A DNA stretch of 64,000 nt from a bacterium. Lineage in GTDB: Bacteria > Electryoneota > Electryoneia > Electryoneales > Electryoneaceae. Positions 1-10,248 of this stretch are shown one piece after another (the stretch's first letter is position 1; each line of letters starts with the position of its first letter). The stretch lies in assembly GCA_963669175.1 (NCBI GenBank), contig OY769902.1:3392001-3456000 (forward strand), written 5' to 3'. The notes beneath the pieces were generated by a model, which did no database searches, was not told where the DNA came from, and was given only the letters and a program-made list of their open reading frames with translations. Made by a program: the position numbers and the translations under genes.

Positions 1-537
1 GAAGGGAAGCAGTGTCTTTATCAGGCTCTTTGATGAATTGTACCGGAATGTGGCTATACCGAGTCCCCAGACTGCGGCGCATCCCATATGTACAGGCATG
101 GAAATCATGCTGCGTACAAACAGGATTCCAAAACCATTACTCATGGCATATATAACATTTTCTATTGCTGCGAATCCCATCCCGATAGTCATGCTGTAAA
201 TGATTGCATCGACGGGCTCGTTGAATTGTTTCAAGGTCATCACCAGCAGCAATGCCGCGCCCATTTTCATAAATTCTTCATACAGGCCTACATGCATACC
301 ATCAAAGGCGCAAAAGAACCAGCTCGCATGATCATTGACTATTTCGGCAAAAGGAAAGACTGTATAAAAGATGGCCCCATAAATGAAGACACCGCCTACG
401 CTCAGAATGGCCCCGGTAAAACCAATCCCCACCACAGTGTCGATGGGCTCACGTTCTACCTTGTCATATTTCAGCAGGAAGTACAGCCAGTATACTGTAC
501 TGAGAATGACAGCAATTGAGATGTAGACAAGATTCAT
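1..537 (-). CDS. PrsW-family intramembrane metalloprotease (runs off the window edge; not in ORF track)
   Basis: Manual translation MNLVYISIAVILSTVYWLYFLLKYDKVEREP...GLYEEFMK...FNEPVDAIIYSMTIGMGFAAIEN...PVH shows the PrsW motifs EExxK, GFAxxEN and H, with several TM helices. Confidence 0.85.
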   Translation of the reverse strand, partial: MNLVYISIAVILSTVYWLYFLLKYDKVEREPIDTVVGIGFTGAILSVGGVFIYGAIFYTVFPFAEIVNDHASWFFCAFDGMHVGLYEEFMKMGAALLLVMTLKQFNEPVDAIIYSMTIGMGFAAIENVIYAMSNGFGILFVRSMISMPVHMGCAAVWGLGIATFRYNSSKSLIKTLLPF

Positions 538-705
538 CACTTGTCCCTATGCCGGTTGTTTCAGTATTTGAATGCGAAAGGTAGGAAAGAGAACAGCATG
601 ATACAATCGTTACTGCTATGCTAAAAAATATCATAATGAATACAGATGTGCTGTACTGTTTCTGTAGAATCATGCTGGAAAACCGCATCTTTCCAGTCCT
701 GGAGA

Positions 706-1485
706 CTATTCGAGTGGTTGATCCTTGTAGACGAAAATGTACAGTTCTTCTTCGCTGTCTGAGACGACATAAAGCGTGTCGCCATTCTTCGCAATTCCTT
801 CAGCCTTTTTAATCTCAGTCGCCCATTCGTCGATAAACTCACCATCAAGCGTAGAGTTGATAACTGTTTCGTCTTCATCGCTCAGCAAGAGTAGTTCGCC
901 ACGTTCTTTATCAAGAGTAATATCTGAGATGTCGTGGGCGTAGTCTATGGCAATGCGGTTCAGGACGGCGCCAGTTTCACTAAGGACTACCAGGGCGACG
1001 GGATCTTTTTCATGCACCAGATAAAATCTTGCTCTGCCGGGATGGTAAATCAAACCTTCGAATCCCTGGTTGCCTTCAGATTCAAAGTTGGCGATGTGGA
1101 TACGATTCAGCTCGTTGCCTTCAAGATCAATCTGTACAAGATCAGCGTTCAATTCTTCGATGATAAAGAGTGAATTGCCATCCGGTCCCAGGCAGATACC
1201 TTCCGGATCTTCACAGATATAGGGAAGTTCATGGATGACATCGCCTTCAAACGATGTCTTATAAACAAGCCCTGTATTGTCACTGACAATCCAAAGGCAT
1301 TGTCGCGAACTGTCAAAAGCCACGCCGGAAGGTTCAGGTATGTTGACAGCCCTTCGTGATGTCAGTTGCCATGATTTCACAACTGGCATAACAACCGACG
1401 GCGAATCATCTCCATTGCATCCACACAGCAGCAACAGGGAGCTTACAAACAACAGAACTACAGTTTTTGTCCGTTCGATTATCAT
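706..1485 (-). CDS. SdiA-regulated/YjiK-like beta-propeller lipoprotein
   Basis: Lipobox LLCGC; repeated EPSG/DPEGI/GFEGL/DISDI/AEGI blades. Confidence 0.75.
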   Translation of the reverse strand: MIIERTKTVVLLFVSSLLLLCGCNGDDSPSVVMPVVKSWQLTSRRAVNIPEPSGVAFDSSRQCLWIVSDNTGLVYKTSFEGDVIHELPYICEDPEGICLGPDGNSLFIIEELNADLVQIDLEGNELNRIHIANFESEGNQGFEGLIYHPGRARFYLVHEKDPVALVVLSETGAVLNRIAIDYAHDISDITLDKERGELLLLSDEDETVINSTLDGEFIDEWATEIKKAEGIAKNGDTLYVVSDSEEELYIFVYKDQPLE

Positions 1486-2822
1486 CTATTGGAGCTCATC
1501 GGAGTAGGCGTCTGGAATGTGCGCCATTCCGAGCTGCCATCAGAATTTCTACCAAAAGAGACATCAACAGTTTGTTCACCGAAATTGATCGCGTCAACAA
1601 GACTGCCACCTTCATCTTCAGGCAGGTAAAGTCCAACAGATTCACCATCTGCACTTAGCTTGAAGTTGATATGGAGCGGCCCCTGATCCAGATCCTTATC
1701 TGCCCACAAAAGCAGGTATCCACCTGGAGCAATCGTTGTCGCTGCTGCATGCCCCATGGGAATCTGGTAAAACTGGGGAGTTGACAAATCGTCCGTGATA
1801 TACATACCACCAATATCTACCGCTTCTGTACCAGCATTGTAGATCTCAATCCAGTCATCGGCTTCCCCGTATTCATCCACATTAGTAGTTTCGTTTGAAG
1901 CAAGTATCTCGTTGATAAACAGTGTGCTTCCACCTGGAATCTCGATTACCGTATAGCTGTAGCAACTTGAAGGGGCAAATGTCGGATCGGTACTGGTTTC
2001 ACCATCAGTATCTTCGGCGCTGATATAAAAAGAAACTGTCGATGATACTGCTTGTCCAGGTATAACCGCTTCATACTCAGCGGTTGAGACATAGTTCATT
2101 ACAACTGACTCAAAATCAATAGCGTTAAGGCTGTAGTATAAAGTCACTTCGGATACGCCGAACTCATCCGTTACTGATGCGGTAACCGTGACCGATTCAT
2201 TGGCCAGTGGCATAACAGGCGAATGTTCGACATCTGAAATGGACGGTGCATGATTGTAGGCTTCCGTGGTGTTTGTAGCGCCCGGAGTCGGCGGATCCAG
2301 GAAGACTTTCATTGTACTTCCATCAGGAAGGCAGCCAAAGGAGATATCTGCTATCTGCGGGCCGAAATACACAATATCCACAGCTTCACCATCAGCGCTA
2401 TACAGACATACATTTTCACCCTGATCATCAAGCTTGAAATCAAGATGCAACGGCCCTTGTTCGGGATCACCATCAAACCAGATTATAAGGTATCCTTTAG
2501 CAGGGATTGTTGTCATTTCAGGAACGGCTGTCGAGAATACCCATTTCTGCGGTTCTTCAACATCATCAGAGATGCTGAATCCGCCTATATCAACTGAGTT
2601 GTCGGATGGGTTGTAAAGTTCAATCCAGTCATCAAATTCGCCGGAACTGTCGGCAAAAGCGGACTCGTTTTTTGCCATGATTTCGTTGATAAGTATCGTT
2701 CCACTTTCTGTAATTGGCGAAGTTGGTTCATCATCTTCATCGCACCCGGTAAAAGCGAAGAAGAGGGTGAGCAACGCAATGGGAAGAAAAGCGATAAAAG
2801 CCTTGCGATTGCGCGAAATCAT
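1482..2822 (-). CDS. Lipoprotein with two lamin tail domains
   Basis: Lipobox FTGC; two copies of INEI.A.N...DDWIE.YN...F.L...GE...PTP. Confidence 0.85.
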   Translation of the reverse strand: MISRNRKAFIAFLPIALLTLFFAFTGCDEDDEPTSPITESGTILINEIMAKNESAFADSSGEFDDWIELYNPSDNSVDIGGFSISDDVEEPQKWVFSTAVPEMTTIPAKGYLIIWFDGDPEQGPLHLDFKLDDQGENVCLYSADGEAVDIVYFGPQIADISFGCLPDGSTMKVFLDPPTPGATNTTEAYNHAPSISDVEHSPVMPLANESVTVTASVTDEFGVSEVTLYYSLNAIDFESVVMNYVSTAEYEAVIPGQAVSSTVSFYISAEDTDGETSTDPTFAPSSCYSYTVIEIPGGSTLFINEILASNETTNVDEYGEADDWIEIYNAGTEAVDIGGMYITDDLSTPQFYQIPMGHAAATTIAPGGYLLLWADKDLDQGPLHINFKLSADGESVGLYLPEDEGGSLVDAINFGEQTVDVSFGRNSDGSSEWRTFQTPTPMSSNR

Positions 2823-2983
2823 GGTATGCCGCTCCTTGTGATGTTGGAATTACGTTAGTAATATACAATAATCACTGCTTGCCGTCAGCCTCTTTCCGGG
2901 AGCATGGTTTAGTCTGGAACTCGCTGTCATGTTCTACCGTTCCAGTTTCAAAGTAAGACGTCACAAAGAAGGACAGGTTTAGT

Positions 2984-4579
2984 ATGGATGCTTCAATCAC
3001 ACGGGGCAGTTGGAAGAGCCTGGTTCTATTCCTATTAATCGCGGGTATGTTATGTCTGATGCTGAACTCCATCTCTTGTGTAAAATCCCCGACTGGCGAT
3101 GATCCAGCCGATTCAACAGATACTACTGACACTACAGATACAAGCCAGGTAATTCCTGTCGAACTGATTGCCCCCTATTGGTTTCCTGCGCAAAAACCTG
3201 TCCCGGTCGCAGTGCAACTGTACGGCATAAACAAAAGAAGCTTTGGGTGGAAAGACGCTACTATTTCTTTCGAAGATGGTAATTATTTTCGTGACATCAA
3301 TATTAAAAGAGGCGGGGCGTCCCTTCAGGTACTTCCAAGCAGGCTAGACGAGCAGACTGTTTTCCTGGATGGTAATACTGCACTGTCATCAGCTTCGCGA
3401 AGGATTACTTTTACTGATGAGACCAACATAATGGAACTTGAGGGGCAACTTGCAGATTCAGCCCTGCATTGGGAAGCCAACAGTCTGATCCATGTGGTTG
3501 GCGACATAACCATACCCGGAGGCGTGATTCTACAGGTCGACAGCGGGGTTGTCTGCCTGCTGGATAACTATGTTTCCATCCATGTACAGGGCGAGATGCA
3601 TGTGCAGGGCAGTAATACCTCGCCGGTAACATTTACGTCTTACCAGAATGACGCTCCCTGGGGTGAAATCTATTTCGATTGGAGCCTGGGACAGTTTGAA
3701 TATGTGTTCTTCACCAATGGCGGGGGGGACTCGGATAAACCCTTCGGCCATTCAAACAGTCAACCCGTCATTCACAGTCAGTACGCCAGCATTGCATTCA
3801 ACCGCTGTTACTTTCTTGATAATCCCGGGAAGGCACTGGGAACCTTTCATTCCATCGTTCAGATCGATTCCTCAATTATCAGCAGGTGTGATACGGGCGG
3901 CGAACATCAGTACGGTAAGGTTACAGTTCGGGATAGCTGGTTGCTTGATATGCCGGACAATACCAGTGAAGAAATAGATGATGACAACGATTGCATCTAT
4001 CTGAATAACCCGTACAACGATGATACTGAGGGCAGCCTGCTTCAACGGTGTGTTTTTGCGACGGGTAAGGATGATGGCATTGATCACAATGGCGCTATTC
4101 TCCGTATCGAGTCCTGTATAATCGAGGATTTCGACAACGAAGGGGTTGCCACATCAAACCAGAACAGGGTAGACATTTACAATACACTGGTAATGAATTG
4201 CGAGCAGGGGATCGAGGCGGGTTATGGCGCTCCGGAAGTGCATGTTGATCACTGCGTCATGCTGAACAATGAGACCGGTCTTCGATTTGGGGATTGGTAT
4301 ACATGGGGTGATCCATCAGGCTCAATCGAAATGACCAACAGCATTTCCGTAAACAACACATCGCATAATGTCTGGAACTGGATTGTCACAACAGAGCAAC
4401 CGAAACCCGGAGCTATTTCCATTTCCTATTCCATTGTCAATGACAGCAGTTTTAATTATGAAAATGGAAACCTTTTCGGTGAAGTGCAGTTCAATAATGA
4501 GTATACACTGGCGCCCGGGTCATTAGGTGCAGGCGCTGCTAATGATAACAATGACATGGGGTTATTGCCAGCAGAATAA
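2984..4579 (+). CDS. Secreted/lipoprotein with right-handed parallel beta-helix
   Basis: Signal peptide with SC; DDNDCI/DDGIDH/EGVAT/QGIEAG beta-helix repeats. Confidence 0.7.
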   Translation: MDASITRGSWKSLVLFLLIAGMLCLMLNSISCVKSPTGDDPADSTDTTDTTDTSQVIPVELIAPYWFPAQKPVPVAVQLYGINKRSFGWKDATISFEDGNYFRDINIKRGGASLQVLPSRLDEQTVFLDGNTALSSASRRITFTDETNIMELEGQLADSALHWEANSLIHVVGDITIPGGVILQVDSGVVCLLDNYVSIHVQGEMHVQGSNTSPVTFTSYQNDAPWGEIYFDWSLGQFEYVFFTNGGGDSDKPFGHSNSQPVIHSQYASIAFNRCYFLDNPGKALGTFHSIVQIDSSIISRCDTGGEHQYGKVTVRDSWLLDMPDNTSEEIDDDNDCIYLNNPYNDDTEGSLLQRCVFATGKDDGIDHNGAILRIESCIIEDFDNEGVATSNQNRVDIYNTLVMNCEQGIEAGYGAPEVHVDHCVMLNNETGLRFGDWYTWGDPSGSIEMTNSISVNNTSHNVWNWIVTTEQPKPGAISISYSIVNDSSFNYENGNLFGEVQFNNEYTLAPGSLGAGAANDNNDMGLLPAE

Positions 4580-4741
4580 GATGTCTTCTCTGTACATCCT
4601 GCTGATTTCTTCTCCCGGGGGAAAGGCATACAGGCCTTCTTGTCACGCCTCTGAATTCACTAGATAATCTAACATTTATATAATAGTTTAAACTTGGGGA
4701 TCGTTTGATCGTCAATTAACCGAAACCCAGTAACGCTAACA

Positions 4742-5821
4742 TTGACTACAGGAAACAGAGTGACAGCCGAGTTACGTCGACGATTGATTGTTACCGGAAT
4801 AGCAGTAGTATTTATCGCATTCGGTCTTTGGGCGCCTTTTGAGCAATCAATCAATGGGCATGCGATTATTGAGCCGGCTCATTCCTGGGCTTTTCGTCAT
4901 TTTGGCTCCGGCCTGATTGCAACTGAGTGGGACCGCAATGCTACCGGGCGCAATACTGAAAACCAGTATTTTCAGCTTGAACAACCTGATATCACTGAAG
5001 TCAGAATCTTCGAAAACATCTTCGACGGCGCAGTAGTCGATATTGGTGATACGATTGCGTCCCTTTTCTCGCTGGAAGGGGAAAGGCGGCTGGCAGAGCA
5101 GAAAGCTGTACTTGAGCGTGAAAAGAAGCACTGGAATGTACTGACAGCCGGTGCAAGGCCGGAAGATCTTGAAGTTGAAAAACGGAAGTTGAATGAGTCC
5201 AAGGTCCGTTACGAGACGTACAAGGCTGAATATGAACGCGTGAAGGACATGTATGAACAAAACCTGTCGTCCTTGGCAGAATACCAGGAAATTGAACGAC
5301 AGTATTTGACCCTGGAAGCGGAATATTACCTGGCTCAGGCGAAGGTGGCGGCGGCAGAAGCCGGCGCACACCCGGCCGAACTTGTTTACCAGGAAGCTGA
5401 AATATCACGTTTGAACGATCAAGTCAGATATTACCAGTCAATGCTTGGCGAAACTGAATACATCGTTTCTCCGATGCATGGCATTGTTCGTGACAAGGGC
5501 GATATTCGTGCCATCTTTCGTGTCGAAAGCACGGATACAGTCGTAGTGAAAGTCATTATCCCTGAGGCGTTCGCCAGCTCAATTGCGCAGGGAATCCCCA
5601 TTGATGTTCATTTTGTGGGAATGAGTGATACAACAATTCAGGTTGCATTTGAACAGTTTGAATTCTTTGGTGGCGATACGACTGCGGCATACGGGCTGGC
5701 AACTATTCCCAATCGGGATGAATTGCTGAAGCCGGGAATGCACGGTATCGCGAGTATTCCGGTTGGCACGATGACACTGTTTGAACGTGTCCGTAGCACA
5801 TTATTGGCGAATCGTTGGTGA
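4742..5821 (+). CDS. HlyD-family membrane fusion/periplasmic adaptor protein
   Basis: N-terminal TM, long coiled coil with GARPE, SPMHG and LKPGM motifs; start codon uncertain. Confidence 0.75.
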   Translation: MTTGNRVTAELRRRLIVTGIAVVFIAFGLWAPFEQSINGHAIIEPAHSWAFRHFGSGLIATEWDRNATGRNTENQYFQLEQPDITEVRIFENIFDGAVVDIGDTIASLFSLEGERRLAEQKAVLEREKKHWNVLTAGARPEDLEVEKRKLNESKVRYETYKAEYERVKDMYEQNLSSLAEYQEIERQYLTLEAEYYLAQAKVAAAEAGAHPAELVYQEAEISRLNDQVRYYQSMLGETEYIVSPMHGIVRDKGDIRAIFRVESTDTVVVKVIIPEAFASSIAQGIPIDVHFVGMSDTTIQVAFEQFEFFGGDTTAAYGLATIPNRDELLKPGMHGIASIPVGTMTLFERVRSTLLANRW

Positions 5822-5827
5822 GTTAAC

Positions 5828-6574
5828 ATGCAACAGTTCATACGAAAAGAGTTTAAATACTACGTTCGTATGCGGGATTGGCAAGCGCTGCATGATCGTG
5901 TCGTGGCCCATATGGAGCACGACCCCTATTGCGCAAACCTTGAGCAGAATCGCTATGCTGTGCGCAGTATCTATTATGATACCCCGCATTTGCTGTTCTA
6001 TTATGAGAAAATTGACGGCGCCAAGTACAGAAAGAAATTGCGTGTCCGTGTTTATAATCAATTCCAGGAAGGTGATCCCGCGTTTCTGGAGATCAAGCGT
6101 AAACTGGATGATACAATTCACAAAGACCGTGCGATCATCCCATTCGGTGAAGTACATAAACTGACAAACGGCGCACAAATTCAACTTTTCGATAACGGAA
6201 AGTCTACTATTGCGGATTCAGTAGTGCGCGATAAGTTCATTTATCTGGTCAAGCGGCTGCAGCTTTCGCCCAAGGCATTGATCACGTATGAACGTGAAGC
6301 CTTCCGTGATCCGGAAAATGAAGACTTGCGTGTTACTTTCGATTACAATGTGCGTAGTTACTTTGAGCCGGATGTCATTGATTTTTATCGTGAAGGTGAT
6401 CTGCGAACGATTGCTGACACCCAGTTCATTCTTGAAGTAAAGTTTTCGCGTTCGATTCCCCTTTGGTTACGACAGACCTTGCGTGATCTTGGTCTGCGAC
6501 TTCAGGCCATTTCGAAATACTGTAACGGATTGGATCGTTGGGACGATCTTGAACCACGTTTGGAAACAGCATGA
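5828..6574 (+). CDS. VTC-domain polyphosphate polymerase (CYTH/TTM fold)
   Basis: RKEFKY, RSIYYDT, RKKLRVR, FLEIKRK, YEREAF, RVTFD, ILEVKF, SKYC motifs. Confidence 0.92.
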   Translation: MQQFIRKEFKYYVRMRDWQALHDRVVAHMEHDPYCANLEQNRYAVRSIYYDTPHLLFYYEKIDGAKYRKKLRVRVYNQFQEGDPAFLEIKRKLDDTIHKDRAIIPFGEVHKLTNGAQIQLFDNGKSTIADSVVRDKFIYLVKRLQLSPKALITYEREAFRDPENEDLRVTFDYNVRSYFEPDVIDFYREGDLRTIADTQFILEVKFSRSIPLWLRQTLRDLGLRLQAISKYCNGLDRWDDLEPRLETA

Positions 6575-7257
6575 AAGAACTGCTTACCTCGTTTCAAACC
6601 CTTGGACGACCGATTACCATTGAAGAAGTAGTCCTGAACATCCTTCTGGCTTGTGGTCTTGGCATAGCTGTTGTCGCCGTTTACAGGGTTACAAACAGGC
6701 ATCGCCCATCCAATCTGTCTTTCCTGCTGACCATGATTATCCTGTCTATGGTGGTTGCCCTGGTGATGATGGTTATTGGGAACAGTATCGCGCGCGCATT
6801 CAGCCTGGTTGGCGCTTTGTCCATTATCCGGTTCAGGACAGTTGTGAAAGACAACCGTGATATCGCCTATGTGTTCTTCGCTCTGGCGGCTGGTATGTCC
6901 GCAGGTGTTGGCGCGTATGTCCTGGGGGTTTTTGGGGTTGGTACGATTCTGCTGATGTTGCTGGTGCTTGATTTTGTGCGCTTTGGGCAAAGTCCTGCGG
7001 GACTGTATTTGCTTCGTTTCCAGTATTTTACATCGGATACGGACGAGCAGACCTATTTGCCTGTCCTGGATGAACTGCTGAAAGAGAAAAGGCGAATAAC
7101 CATCAAGACGGTTCGAATGGGGCAATTCATCGAGCATACTTACCTTGTCAGGCTAAAGAAAGATGTACAGGAAGAAGCTGTGTTAAGCAAATTGAGTGCG
7201 ATTGAGGGGATGGAAAGAGTTACCCTGCTTCGTGAGGATGAAGAAGTGGAAGCGTAA
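6571..7257 (+). CDS. DUF4956-family membrane protein
   Basis: IGNSIARAFSLVGALSIIRFRTVVKD...YVFFALAAGM motif; 4-nt overlap with the VTC gene. Confidence 0.92.
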   Translation: MKELLTSFQTLGRPITIEEVVLNILLACGLGIAVVAVYRVTNRHRPSNLSFLLTMIILSMVVALVMMVIGNSIARAFSLVGALSIIRFRTVVKDNRDIAYVFFALAAGMSAGVGAYVLGVFGVGTILLMLLVLDFVRFGQSPAGLYLLRFQYFTSDTDEQTYLPVLDELLKEKRRITIKTVRMGQFIEHTYLVRLKKDVQEEAVLSKLSAIEGMERVTLLREDEEVEA

Positions 7258-7278
7258 TTTCGCTCTTCAAATCAATCG

Positions 7279-10248
7279 CTACCGAATTAGCACTGCTCGT
7301 TTTACATCAGACGAAGAATCTGACCGTACCCGGATGAAATACATTCCTGATACAACCGGGATTCCTGTGCAAGATTTTGCGTTCCAGCAGAACCTCTGCA
7401 GGCCGGTTCTTGTCACGTTCATCATGTCTTTGTAAACCAACCTGCCCAGAACATTGAACACTTCCAGCTTGACAACCTTATTCCTGTTCGCTTTGAATTG
7501 AACCAGGAAATTGTCCTGTGAAGGATTGGGATAAATCGTGATATCTATTTCATCAGAAACCCTTCGCAGCGAGTCAGGGATAGCTCCGTAGGGAAATTCA
7601 TAGCGTCCGATGTCAACATAATCGATGAATCCGAATCCACTGTTCGGTACAGCAGGCACATCGACACGTTCCTGCCCGCGTGGATCCCTTTCCGGGTAGG
7701 CTACACCGTACCCGGCATCAATCAGCGGTGATTGCCACAATGGATCCCAGTTGCCGTTCCATGGATCAACGACTTCCGGATCACCGACAACAATATGAGT
7801 TGGTGCATCACTTTCTGTTGAATCGATAAAACAGTAACGGATATCCATTCCGGAGGAATCACTCGGCAGTACATCCTGTTCATTTACATAAAAAGCGCAA
7901 TTTCGAAAAACAGCATTCGCAGTACTACTTTGTTGTAACGATTGAAATACTAGCGCATTGCGATAGAATATTGAATTGTAAACGGTGACGGTATTCGTTG
8001 AATCAAAGGATGATATTCCCTGAGTCATCCCGGTTACTTGCGAACTGGCAACATTAAGCTGGCCCACTACTCCATGTAAGATTATCCCGCTCGCGTAAAT
8101 GCTACCGTTTAATGTCACGTCATCCAGATAAATAGCAGCATTGTCGCCTGTTATTTCGATGCAGTTGCCATTACTTGTTACTATGCTACTGTGGGCAAAG
8201 TCGAGGGTACAATTATCACCGGGGATTGAAATCAGAGAGATGTTATTACTGGCCGTCTCTGATGTAATTGTAGAATGTCGGACTGAAAGTTCTGACTCGT
8301 CGTCCTGTACAATGATTGCGGTATTTGAAGTGTAGATGTCGCACAGGGTCAAAGTCAGCGAGGCGTTATCCAATCGGAAAAGTGTATCAGTATGCGAAAG
8401 GGTTGTATTCTCAAATGTCATTGCTGCATGATCACTTCCTTCGAATCGGATACTGGTTTCTCCAGATTCACGAATCGCTGTATTTCTTATGGTTAAACAT
8501 GCATCGGGTCCGAAAGTATGAACCCGGCAATTGCCATTATTGTTGCCGCTCAAGGTTGATATGAACACGCTGTCGGAATTCTGATGCCCGACGTCAAGAA
8601 TCCCATGATTTATAATCACCGCGCCATCCAGGAGGTAAACTCGAACACCGGGTTCAATTATCAGACGTGTTGTCTCTGGAATAGTCAGTGTGTCGGCAAT
8701 CCAGTATAGTTTCTGTAAATCGTTCCAGTGAATATCCCCATCTTCCAGTTGCCCTGAAATGATTTCGCTTTCAAGATAGGATTCTGGCAGAGACAACTTT
8801 CTGAAGTTACGAATACTCCTGGTAGGATTAGTAATTGAGGTATAGGCGACCACATTCCAGAAATAGTCATCTGGCGGCAGGTCTTCCAGCACAACCGTTG
8901 TATCTGTTCCCACATAGTATTCAACAGGATGTAATCGGGTTTCCGTCGTATCAAATGACAATGAATACGTGATTGCTTCGCCGTTGCCACATGTTGTTCT
9001 GAACCAGGAGAAACGTATCCCTTCCGGTGTTACTTCAGCAGGAAGAATGTCAAACGGATAAGGATATTCGTAGTCAGCACGTTCCATAAAATCGGCCCTG
9101 GCCAGCAAACGTGACGTAGTCTGCTGAAGGTTGGAATGGAATTCCTCAATAGAAAACTGATTGTATGTGTCTTCTTCGACAGCGGCAGATAACATCGTGT
9201 CAAGCTGGTTTATTGTTTCCGAGTAATATTCAGTCGTTACGAGTGAATCTGACAAGTTGTCTACATGGCTATAGATAAGATCACGCATTTGCGGATTTAA
9301 CCAGCAGCGCTTTACCAAAGAATTAACATCTTCCATCTTGTAGTGTGCGCTCAGGTAGTAGTAGGGGAGAGAGAAATAAGCGGACCAGTATGTGTTGAAA
9401 GACCGGTCTACATCCCAGGGGATAATGTCCCATTTCCCACCTGGTGACGTGGGATGAACCAGGTAATAGTTATGATAATAGGTTGAAGAATTGCAGACAA
9501 TGGCGCTGATAGCCATGTAACGGGCCAGGTGTTCCCTCTCAAAAACAGTATTCAACTCGTCGAAGAAACGATCTTCCGGTACGGTTTGAATCCAGTCGAT
9601 CAGTTCGTGTAGATCATAGAAACCGGTTGTCTCATTGGTTTTCTTTTCCCACAATGCCTCTACAGGTTCTGTTATTCTAAGCATGGCGCCATCATAAGAA
9701 GCTTTATACAAATTCGAGGTTTCATCAATCCTGTTTGATGCCAGGAAATGCTCATCCACCTGTTCGACATCGAGGTAAAGGCCATGGTATTCGCCATTGA
9801 TATACAAGCGGGCAAACCAGGTTTGTGAAGCAGCCATTCCTGCGCGTCTGAAAAAATCATATGTGAGAAATTCGCGGCTACAGGTGGGGTCAATCCACTG
9901 GGCATTCAGGTTGATCTTGTCGCGCCCATAGAATCGTTCATCCGCATCGAAGTTGATCTTGAAAGATTTCTTATCGAAATCTCTGCTGGAATCGCCACGT
10001 AAACGTAAGCGGGCATTATGCCAGACATGGCCTTCATAGACAAGCTCGCAGGCAATATAGATATCTTCATATTTATGCTGGAGGATATAGTCAAGTGAGT
10101 CTGGATCGCAGGCTACGTAATAGGAACGTAGCGGCGGTACTTCTGCGTTGGCAGACAGAGCAATAACGGCAAGCAGCATGGATACGATACAAGTATACCA
10201 GGATTGCTTGTAGCGTTGAAAAAGGAAGAGGCGATTGCAGATCTTCAC
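7279..10248 (-). CDS. CotH-kinase-family secreted protein with beta-helix region and T9SS-type C-terminal domain
   Basis: RLRGDSSR..KKSFKI, LYINGEYHGLY..VEQVD, PWDVDRSF; C-terminal YPNP...FNVLGR...SGMYF. Confidence 0.88.
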   Translation of the reverse strand: MKICNRLFLFQRYKQSWYTCIVSMLLAVIALSANAEVPPLRSYYVACDPDSLDYILQHKYEDIYIACELVYEGHVWHNARLRLRGDSSRDFDKKSFKINFDADERFYGRDKINLNAQWIDPTCSREFLTYDFFRRAGMAASQTWFARLYINGEYHGLYLDVEQVDEHFLASNRIDETSNLYKASYDGAMLRITEPVEALWEKKTNETTGFYDLHELIDWIQTVPEDRFFDELNTVFEREHLARYMAISAIVCNSSTYYHNYYLVHPTSPGGKWDIIPWDVDRSFNTYWSAYFSLPYYYLSAHYKMEDVNSLVKRCWLNPQMRDLIYSHVDNLSDSLVTTEYYSETINQLDTMLSAAVEEDTYNQFSIEEFHSNLQQTTSRLLARADFMERADYEYPYPFDILPAEVTPEGIRFSWFRTTCGNGEAITYSLSFDTTETRLHPVEYYVGTDTTVVLEDLPPDDYFWNVVAYTSITNPTRSIRNFRKLSLPESYLESEIISGQLEDGDIHWNDLQKLYWIADTLTIPETTRLIIEPGVRVYLLDGAVIINHGILDVGHQNSDSVFISTLSGNNNGNCRVHTFGPDACLTIRNTAIRESGETSIRFEGSDHAAMTFENTTLSHTDTLFRLDNASLTLTLCDIYTSNTAIIVQDDESELSVRHSTITSETASNNISLISIPGDNCTLDFAHSSIVTSNGNCIEITGDNAAIYLDDVTLNGSIYASGIILHGVVGQLNVASSQVTGMTQGISSFDSTNTVTVYNSIFYRNALVFQSLQQSSTANAVFRNCAFYVNEQDVLPSDSSGMDIRYCFIDSTESDAPTHIVVGDPEVVDPWNGNWDPLWQSPLIDAGYGVAYPERDPRGQERVDVPAVPNSGFGFIDYVDIGRYEFPYGAIPDSLRRVSDEIDITIYPNPSQDNFLVQFKANRNKVVKLEVFNVLGRLVYKDMMNVTRTGLQRFCWNAKSCTGIPVVSGMYFIRVRSDSSSDVKRAVLIR

